Source of the DNA: a virus
Lineage: Duplodnaviria > Caudoviricetes
Virus record (IMG/VR): IMGVR_UViG_3300044852_000015
Span: 160,001 to 224,000 of that record
Length of the DNA stretch: 64,000 nt
Reading direction: 5' to 3' (one strand)
Under the pieces are notes generated by a model that worked only from the letters and a program-made list of their open reading frames with translations, made no database searches and was not told the DNA's origin. Positions 9,016-14,705 of the stretch are shown here, piece after piece; within the stretch, counting starts at the first letter, position 1, and each line of letters begins with the position of its first letter. The translations under genes and the position numbers were made by a program.

Positions 9016-9147
9016 TGGGCATCCACCGGCAAGACTCGAACTTGCGACCTCCCGACGAACACTTGCGTTAAACCACCTTCACTACTGGAGAGTTAATGGT
9101 GGAACTCAATGCCCGACGAGTGTTCTAACCGACTGAACTACGGTGGC
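9016..9147 (-). ncRNA. tRNA-like RNA with ~70-nt extended anticodon arm
   Basis: CCACCG/CGGTGG acceptor, D arm GTTC-AGTCGGTTA-GAAC, T arm GCAAG-TTCGAGT-CTTGC; anticodon arm replaced by a long irregular hairpin. Confidence 0.75.
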
Positions 9148-9176
9148 GACTACAACTTAAACTGGTGGTGTGACGA

Positions 9177-9398
9177 CTAGTTCACCGGACGCAACTTGGA
9201 ATCGGGCTTCAGATCAATCACGGGCAGGAAGCCTGCACCATCACTGACGTTAAAACCCAGTCCACGAGTTGCGTTGTCGGGATTGGTGTACAGTCGCACA
9301 ACGGATGCAAAGGGTTCCTTGGGTGTGGACAACCAGTACCAGCCGTCTGGGGCGGTAGCTGGGTCAACAAACAAATCTACATCTTCAGGCTTGCTCAT
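9177..9398 (-). CDS. Hypothetical protein
   Basis: Start reassigned to MSKPEDV after an AAGGG RBS; the longer listed ORF overlaps tRNA-Ser. Confidence 0.65.
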   Translation of the reverse strand: MSKPEDVDLFVDPATAPDGWYWLSTPKEPFASVVRLYTNPDNATRGLGFNVSDGAGFLPVIDLKPDSKLRPVN

Positions 9399-9421
9399 CA
9401 ACGTACCCTTATCTATCAAAT

Positions 9422-9509
9422 TGGCGGAAGAACAGAGATTCGAACTCTGGGGGCTGTTACACCCGACGGTTTTCAAGACCGTTGCCATAAACCACTCGGC
9501 CATCCTTCC
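9422..9509 (-). tRNA. tRNA-Ser (TGA)
   Basis: Cloverleaf, ACGGT-CTTGAAA-ACCGT, long variable arm, G73 and encoded CCA. Confidence 0.95.
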
Positions 9510-9514
9510 TAAAA

Positions 9515-9735
9515 CAAGCCTCGATACTGTTCCTCGAGGAAGTCACCGTACAGCCAAGGCGTTAGCTGTAATCCATTGGGAACTGAGCTAGAGCCGAATG
9601 GAACTCGGAATCAGCAAGCTCACTCCATCCACCTAGGACGGAGCAACACACCACTATAAGCGCAGCGAGGGTTAGCTCGCACCGCAGTGGGTGAGGTTGG
9701 GCGACACCAGGGCAGGCGCTCGGTGTACTGTGGGC
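9515..9735 (-). ncRNA. Structured RNA candidate (~220 nt)
   Basis: No ORF; run of hairpins including GCTCCGTCC/GGATGGAGT, TACAGCTAA/TTGGCTGTA and CCTCGA/TCGAGG. Confidence 0.45.
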
Positions 9736-9831
9736 TTAAGCCTTAGCTCGAGCCATCAACTTTAACAAGCCTTTCGCCAAGGGCTTGGTCTTCACCAGAC
9801 GGCGAGGACTATAGAACGGGAATCCAGGCAT
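9736..9831 (-). CDS. 31-aa basic peptide MPGFPFYSPRRLVKTKPLAKGLLKLMARAKA
   Basis: AAGGAG RBS 7 nt before ATG; below the ORF track cut-off. Confidence 0.55.
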   Translation of the reverse strand: MPGFPFYSPRRLVKTKPLAKGLLKLMARAKA

Positions 9832-9849
9832 CGCTGTTCTCCTTGAATG

Positions 9850-9938
9850 TGGCAGTAGATGAGAGATTCGAACTCTCGAGGCCCGAAGACCTATACCCTT
9901 AGCAGGGGTACTCCTTAAGCCATCTCGGACAATCTACT
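9850..9938 (-). tRNA. tRNA-Ser (GCT)
   Basis: TACCC-CTGCTAA-GGGTA, variable arm with TTCG loop, G73 and CCA. Confidence 0.95.
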
Positions 9939-9959
9939 GTAGTGCTTCGATCATTACCC

Positions 9960-10090
9960 GGTGTGCGACGTGTTGTATTTAGACAGCTCGGTGTCCCTGC
10001 CAGGATTTCGGGTTGTACCTGGAATGCTACCTTGGAGGGTAGAGTTATACCTTTCGGCGTTTTTAACTATAGGGACTGTTCTATCGCACC
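9960..10090 (-). ncRNA. Multi-branched structured RNA candidate (~130 nt)
   Basis: GTGCGA/TCGCAC closing stem; GTCCCT/AGGGAC encloses three hairpins, one ending GCC-GAAA-GGT. Confidence 0.5.
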
Positions 10091-10101
10091 ACTGATCGAA
10101 T

Positions 10102-10171
10102 TGCTTTATCGGGAATCGAACCCGAGTGAGCCGCCTGTGTGGCAGCCGTTCTACCATTGAACTATAAAGCG
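10102..10171 (-). ncRNA. Atypical tRNA (Gly-like body, aberrant anticodon loop CACACAG, no CCA)
   Basis: D arm GTTC-AATGGTA-GAAC, T arm TCGGG-TTCGATT-CCCGA; A33 in place of U33; C1:A72 mismatch. Confidence 0.7.
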
Positions 10172-10175
10172 TGCT

Positions 10176-10251
10176 TGGCTGGGATAGCAGAACTCGAATC
10201 TGCGACATCTTGATTAACAGTCAAGCGCTCTACCAACTGAGCTATATCCCA
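10176..10251 (-). tRNA. tRNA-Asn (GTT)
   Basis: CTTGA-CTGTTAA-TCAAG, G73, CCA; 76 nt. Confidence 0.95.
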
Positions 10252-10258
10252 ATAAAAC

Positions 10259-10441
10259 TTAGAACACCTTCAGGCGTTCGTTGACCTTGATCTCGCGATC
10301 GTCGTAGACAACACGATCAGCGGACTGACCATCTTGCAGGACGAACTTCTCGTGCACTTCGCCAGTAACGCGGTTCACGATAACCACTTCGACTTCTTTA
10401 TCGGAAGAGCAGTGGGCATGGGTAATGACGGTGGTAGTCAT
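10259..10441 (-). CDS. Small hypothetical phage protein
   Basis: 60-aa ORF with AAGGAG RBS and strong codon bias. Confidence 0.75.
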   Translation of the reverse strand: MTTTVITHAHCSSDKEVEVVIVNRVTGEVHEKFVLQDGQSADRVVYDDREIKVNERLKVF

Positions 10442-10450
10442 GACGACTCC

Positions 10451-11269
10451 TTATTGAGGACGGCGGTTGTAGTTCACAACCTTGACTTCGAGTTCAATGA
10501 ACAACTCCATCGGGTAATCGTCCGGGAGGTTCACCGACACCGAAGTATTGAAGGTTGCCGGGTTGATACCGATGCTGAACGGGGCTTTGGCAATGTTGCC
10601 CAACCAGCCGTTGATGATCCACTCGCGCTGATGGAGAATAGGTCGTGAATGGTTGATTGCAACCTCCACACCGTCACGGGTGACGATGCGGATCAGCTTG
10701 ATGGACTCAATGGAGTCAGTCAAGTCTGTGTCTTTACCGAGGGCTTGAATCAAGCCATGGAGGTTCATACGGGAACCATCCTTCAGCGGGATGCGAACCA
10801 CGTCAGGACCTAGAGCTTCCACAACCTCTTCCAGGATCTGCCAGTCGTCAGCCAGTTGATCCGACTGTGCCGGAATCCACGGAGTGAACATCCCCTGAGC
10901 AGTTTTCATGCCGATCCATGGGGCGTAGGTCACGTTGATGTCAGCGCCCAAGATGCGAGCACCAACGTCGTAATGTCCAGCACCAACATACACCAGCCAC
11001 ATGTTCTTACCGTTCCACGAAGGACGGGTAACGCGCTTGCCTTGCTTCAGAGCTTCGATAGCGAGACCGAAGTTCAGAGCGTTGCACGGACGGTAGCTGT
11101 CCTCGAACACGTCTTTAGGCGACCAGGACTGGTGACCGTTGTCGTATTCCACAAGGTAGCCTTCATCGGCACCGTTTTCGTCAGCGGGAAGTTCCCAGCC
11201 TTTGAGTTGGTTGTAGTCCAACCGAGACATCGGAGTTCCGATAACCTTCTTGGTACCAATGTAGTTCAT
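10451..11269 (-). CDS. DUF2829 (Tad2-like) domain protein with extra N- and C-terminal regions
   Basis: NFGLAIEALKQGKRVTRPSWNGKNMW...PWIPAQSDQLADDW is the DUF2829 signature; preceded by the common YIGTK...EGYLVEY...SWSPKDVFE domain. Confidence 0.8.
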   Translation of the reverse strand: MNYIGTKKVIGTPMSRLDYNQLKGWELPADENGADEGYLVEYDNGHQSWSPKDVFEDSYRPCNALNFGLAIEALKQGKRVTRPSWNGKNMWLVYVGAGHYDVGARILGADINVTYAPWIGMKTAQGMFTPWIPAQSDQLADDWQILEEVVEALGPDVVRIPLKDGSRMNLHGLIQALGKDTDLTDSIESIKLIRIVTRDGVEVAINHSRPILHQREWIINGWLGNIAKAPFSIGINPATFNTSVSVNLPDDYPMELFIELEVKVVNYNRRPQ

Positions 11270-11289
11270 GTTATCTACCTTGAATGAAT

Positions 11290-11370
11290 GAGGGTCCCCC
11301 TACCGGATTCGAACCGATGCTCGCTACCCACGAAGGGCGGCAGCTCTAACCGACTGAGCTTAAGGGCGAC
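11290..11370 (-). ncRNA. Atypical tRNA (Glu-like stems, ambiguous anticodon, no CCA)
   Basis: D arm GCTC-AGTCGGTTA-GAGC, T arm ATCGG-TTCGAAT-CCGGT; irregular acceptor GTCGCCCT/AGGGGGAC; anticodon arm GCCGCCC-TTCGT-GGGTAGC. Confidence 0.65.
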
Positions 11371-11377
11371 ATTAAAA

Positions 11378-11539
11378 CTAGCAAACCATCACAGGGACGG
11401 GAATGCCTTGTTCTTTGCAAACACGCTCAAGGTTCTCCTGAGCATCTTGCCATTGTTTGATCCTCGCAAGGGTTTCCTCACGAGACTGGGGCTTGATCTT
11501 GGAACGATCCAGATCACTTAAGCGAAATGTACGTACCAT
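11378..11539 (-). CDS. 53-aa hypothetical protein MVRTFRLSDLDRSKIK...
   Basis: AAGGAG RBS; fills the gap after the upstream gene; below the ORF track cut-off. Confidence 0.6.
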   Translation of the reverse strand: MVRTFRLSDLDRSKIKPQSREETLARIKQWQDAQENLERVCKEQGIPVPVMVC

Positions 11540-11549
11540 GACCTACTCC

Positions 11550-11801
11550 TTAATCAATAGCGATACGACCGTAAAGGGTTCGTCCGCCGACCTTGACGTC
11601 GAAGTGGTGGAAGTAACGACCGGTATCACTACCGAGCCACTTTCCAGTTCCGTCGTCTAGTTCAACTGCATAGCAATCGCCTTTCCATTTACGGATGGCT
11701 TGACTCACCTTATTACAAGAGTAAGTCACTTGCCTTGCAGAGAACGTAGGGAACAGTTGCTTAACGATCCGACGCATCGCTGCGAAGTGTCCTTCAGACA
11801 T
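11550..11801 (-). CDS. Hypothetical protein
   Basis: 83-aa ORF with AAAGGAG RBS. Confidence 0.7.
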   Translation of the reverse strand: MSEGHFAAMRRIVKQLFPTFSARQVTYSCNKVSQAIRKWKGDCYAVELDDGTGKWLGSDTGRYFHHFDVKVGGRTLYGRIAID

Positions 11802-11821
11802 TGACTGCTCTCCTTTGAATG

Positions 11822-11898
11822 TGGCGCCTCCGAACGGACTCGAACCGTCGACCCCTAGCGTGACAGGCTAGTGCTCTAACCAACTGAGCTACGGAAGC
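11822..11898 (-). tRNA. tRNA-Asp (GTC)
   Basis: CTAGC-CTGTCAC-GCTAG, G73, CCA. Confidence 0.95.
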
Positions 11899-12092
11899 GT
11901 AAACGTCCTGAGGAAGATGGACTCTGCGATCACCCAGACTGTACCTGTAGGTGCATCGCGTGTAGGCTCAAGGTTCGTGTAGACAACCATGGGCCAAGAA
12001 CAGTCTTGAGCGTGACGAGCTAGGCTTAGCACTTTAAAGCGCAACCCACTAGGAGACTTGTACTCCCGTTGTTCCTCGATACTCTCTAACAT
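11889..12092 (-). CDS. DUF1653-like small protein
   Basis: YK..SG..F.V...ARH......MVVY..L......WV.....F pattern; GAGGA RBS. Confidence 0.65.
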   Translation of the reverse strand: MLESIEEQREYKSPSGLRFKVLSLARHAQDCSWPMVVYTNLEPTRDAPTGTVWVIAESIFLRTFTLP

Positions 12093-12108
12093 GTTCTATT
12101 CCTCGAAT

Positions 12109-12363
12109 TGGTTCCGGCTTGCTTCCCACCGCTATCGTGGTTCACTAAACTCATGTGTAGCCAGACGACCCGCCGGAGAGGTCTTTAACTAGATACACCA
12201 GTATCCCTGAGGTTCCGAAGAAGGCAGGTACACGATGTATCTCCACTGGACTACGAGTAGGGTGATCCCTCCCAGCGTCTGAACGCCGAGTTAATGCTGA
12301 GGCACGCCCGTAACCGACATTCGCTCAAAGGCAAGTCTAAGTAGGCGTACAGCAAAGGAACCA
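12109..12363 (-). ncRNA. Structured RNA candidate (~255 nt)
   Basis: Ends pair (TGGTTCC..TTGCT / AGCAA..GGAACCA); internal helices GTACGCCT/GGGCGTGC, CTCGGCGT/ACGCTGGG, AGATACATC/GGTGTATCT; C(TTCG)G loop. Confidence 0.6.
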
Positions 12364-12374
12364 TAATTCTACTT

Positions 12375-12519
12375 CCCTTGCACCGAGTGGATTGCTCAGC
12401 ACTTATTTTCCCTGATCCTCCGGGACGGTGGGGACATCGACGCAGTGCCTAGTTTCCCTTCCACAGGGTTACTGGTAACGTTGTCTCACAGGGTAAAACC
12501 ATTACGTAGCCAGCAAGGG
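12375..12519 (-). ncRNA. Structured RNA candidate (~145 nt)
   Basis: CCCTTGC/GCAAGGG terminal stem, short internal hairpins, no ORF. Confidence 0.4.
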
Positions 12520-12537
12520 TCTGCGCAATGTTAAAAG

Positions 12538-12616
12538 TGGAAGAGGGAGATGGATTCGAACCATCGAATGTCAGGATCAAAACCTGATGCCTTAGGCCAG
12601 ACTTGGCGATCCCTCT
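12538..12616 (-). tRNA. tRNA-Gln (TTG)
   Basis: TCAGG-TTTTGAT-CCTGA, CCA. Confidence 0.93.
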
Positions 12617-12621
12617 AGAAA

Positions 12622-12707
12622 TGGTGGGTGAGGTAGGATTCGAACCTACGAAGCACACGGCGTCAGATTTACAATCTGATAACTTTGAACCACTTGTATA
12701 CTCACCC
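12622..12707 (-). tRNA. tRNA-Tyr (GTA)
   Basis: TCAGA-TTGTAAA-TCTGA, long variable arm, A73, CCA. Confidence 0.93.
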
Positions 12708-12716
12708 GATAAAGCG

Positions 12717-12834
12717 ACCAGTGTTGTGGGATCGAACCACTGCTAGTTCCCGGACCGCACTAGCTTTCCAATGTGCAAGGTTGACGCGTTGTCAGCTATG
12801 GCCCTACACATTGACCTCCCCGAGGCTCACTGGT
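12717..12834 (-). ncRNA. tRNA-like RNA with extended anticodon arm and long variable arm
   Basis: ACCAGTG/CACTGGT acceptor, CCTC-GGG-GAGG D arm, 12-bp CAATGTGTAGGG/CCTTGCACATTG stem, GCTAGT/ACTAGC arm, GTGG-TTCGATC-CCAC T arm. Confidence 0.7.
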
Positions 12835-12840
12835 ATAAAC

Positions 12841-12999
12841 TGATGCCCCTTTGCTGGATTTGAACCAACACCTATCCGTTCAACCGACTCCGTTTGACGG
12901 GAGAGTTTAGTTACACCCGCCCAGTCAACTCCACCTTGCGGCTCACGTTGCGAATACGAATGCTCTCGGACTGTTCTACCTGACCGAACTCTCAGGGGC
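12841..12999 (-). ncRNA. tRNA-like RNA with ~98-nt branched domain in place of the anticodon arm
   Basis: GCCCCT/AGGGGC acceptor, GTTC-GGTCAGGTA-GAAC D arm, GTCCG/CGGAT stem, GTTGG-TTCAAAT-CCAGC T arm. Confidence 0.75.
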
Positions 13000-13007
13000 G
13001 TAAACCT

Positions 13008-13160
13008 TTAAAACTCACCGCGTTCTGGGCGAGCCTTAGTAGCACCGATGCCCACAATAAACACGACTGCGAAAACGCAAAGTCCTGCTACTGGGCTAAA
13101 CGCTGCCGGAACCGCTGCCGTTAGAAGCGCGGGTACAAAAACAAACACTGCGCGCATCAT
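13008..13160 (-). CDS. 50-aa hydrophobic membrane peptide MMRAVFVFVPALL...
   Basis: AAGGAG RBS; two hydrophobic segments; below the ORF track cut-off. Confidence 0.6.
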   Translation of the reverse strand: MMRAVFVFVPALLTAAVPAAFSPVAGLCVFAVVFIVGIGATKARPERGEF

Positions 13161-13426
13161 GGCAACAACTCCTTGAAATTAACCGCTACCCCGACCTACG
13201 GAATGCAATACAACAAGTGTGTCCCAAAAGGAAAAGAAAGAAAACCCTTGGGGATGCGGTATGCAAGCGCATCATGGTAGCACACTGTTGCCGGGTCACG
13301 CTCGACTAAACCGTAATTTCACTGGTACCCGTCATGCCAGTGTATCCCTGTGAAGGGAAACTCCCCCAAAGCCGTGAAGCCCTGAGTCGTGCTGGAGTCA
13401 TTACTATCAGTCAATAACGCGTCAGT

Positions 13427-13462
13427 CTCTCAATAGATGCGTGGAGTATGTAAAATAATACG
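13427..13462 (-). promoter_or_regulatory. Candidate middle/late promoter of the RNA island
   Basis: AT-rich TTAC box followed by ATCTATTGAGAG, the same 12-mer found upstream of the phuZ operon. Confidence 0.45.
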
Positions 13463-13470
13463 TAATCTCA

Positions 13471-13502
13471 GGCAAAAAAAAAGGGTCTGGTTAGGACCCC
13501 TT
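13471..13502 (-). terminator. Long-U intrinsic terminator
   Basis: GGGTC/GACCC hairpin then T9-GCC. Confidence 0.8.
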
Positions 13503-13514
13503 GAGAAAAGCGTG

Positions 13515-13925
13515 TTACGGAATTGCAGGGAAGCCTACGATCTTAAGGATCAGGTTACGCTTGCGGCGGTACCAACCAGCGGACTTGGCAGGGAAACCTC
13601 TCTCGGTGCTCTGCTTGCGGATCTGAGGGTCATCTTCGAACAACAGGGGTACTGGGAAGTATCTCCAGTGTTTCGGTTCACCTGAGCGTACCAGAGCGTG
13701 TAGGGTGCGTTTGCTCCACTTGCTGGTAGTGATGCCAGTGATCAGTTCTTGACGGATCTCTTCGTGGTCTGCTTCGGTTGGGTAAACGGCGAAGATGTTC
13801 TTGTAATGGGCAACTGTCGTTTTGTCTTCATTGGTGGTCTTGTCCATTATAAACAAGACGCCACCGATGTCGTGGAGGGAGACGTTACCATTCTCGTACT
13901 TGTGTGTCACGAATTCTGCGGACAT
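13515..13925 (-). CDS. Hypothetical early protein
   Basis: 136-aa ORF between a TATATTAC promoter and a long-U terminator. Confidence 0.75.
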   Translation of the reverse strand: MSAEFVTHKYENGNVSLHDIGGVLFIMDKTTNEDKTTVAHYKNIFAVYPTEADHEEIRQELITGITTSKWSKRTLHALVRSGEPKHWRYFPVPLLFEDDPQIRKQSTERGFPAKSAGWYRRKRNLILKIVGFPAIP

Positions 13926-13967
13926 GATTCGGGCCTTCTAAGGTATGGGGGGATTAAAGGTAGTTCC

Positions 13968-14002
13968 TATTCATCTAGGTAATATAGATCTGAAACTATT
14001 TT
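13968..14002 (-). promoter_or_regulatory. Early promoter (TATATTAC)
   Basis: AAAATAGTTTCAGATCTATATTACCTAGATGAATA; TATATTAC is the known phiKZ early consensus. Confidence 0.8.
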
Positions 14003-14053
14003 GCTTCAACCCAAATAGAATGTAGGTACAAACTTTAATCACGGGGTGTCCAC

Positions 14054-14671
14054 ATGGGGCGTTTAGTAAATCTGCTCGAGGAAGCTGAGCTTACCTTGAC
14101 TTACAGTGCAGAAGGAATCGCTTTGCTGGATGCTAGCGAAGCGGAGGTTCCAACCAAGGATGTTTATATCCTGTTGACCGACACCAAGACCTTAGTGAGT
14201 AAGGTTAGCCGTATGGTGACAGGTGATCCGTATAACCACGTATCGCTGATGCTGTCTGAGGACTTCGACGAGGGTATCTATACCTTCAGTCTCTCAAACG
14301 GACTCAATGGCATCTTCGGTGGCTTCATGGTCGAGGATCGTAAGAACCTGAAGGGGTCACACTACTCCATGTATCGTCTCGCTGTCACCAACAGCGTCTA
14401 CGACAAGATCAAGGTTAAGGTGACTGACTACGTTAACGCGGTAGACAAAACCTCCTACAACCACCTTGGGTTGTTCAATGCGATCTTCAAGAAAGGTATC
14501 TTCAAGTCTGAGGATGGCCAAGCTGCGATCTGTTCTGAGTTCGTGGTGGAAGTACTTAAGTTCGCTGGCGTAGAACTCTTCGCCAAAAGATTAGCGAGTA
14601 CTGTAAGACCTTACGACTTGGTCAAATCCAAGCTGCTGAAGTTCTACAAGCGTGGCGTCATAAAAGGCTGA
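14054..14671 (+). CDS. Permuted papain-like (NlpC/P60, YiiX/YaeF-type) amidase/peptidase
   Basis: YNHVSL (His) near the N-terminus, YNHLGLF, and ICSEFV (Cys) near the C-terminus. Confidence 0.75.
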   Translation: MGRLVNLLEEAELTLTYSAEGIALLDASEAEVPTKDVYILLTDTKTLVSKVSRMVTGDPYNHVSLMLSEDFDEGIYTFSLSNGLNGIFGGFMVEDRKNLKGSHYSMYRLAVTNSVYDKIKVKVTDYVNAVDKTSYNHLGLFNAIFKKGIFKSEDGQAAICSEFVVEVLKFAGVELFAKRLASTVRPYDLVKSKLLKFYKRGVIKG

Positions 14672-14675
14672 ATCC

Positions 14676-14705
14676 CCGGCTCACTTCGGTGAGTCGGTTT
14701 ATGAC
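14676..14705 (+). terminator. Terminator
   Basis: CCGGCTCAC-TTCG-GTGAGTCGG followed by TTTATGACG. Confidence 0.8.

Noticed and set aside
12449-12658. ORFs crossing tRNA genes (also 9954-10208, 9196-9591 and the 5' part of 9177-9503)
   Set aside because: They run through clear tRNA cloverleaves.
9016-12999. Group I intron explanation for the tRNA inserts
   Set aside because: Inserts of about 30-80 nt are too short for a catalytic core, and I see no bulge-helix-bulge motif or reconstituted canonical anticodon loop.
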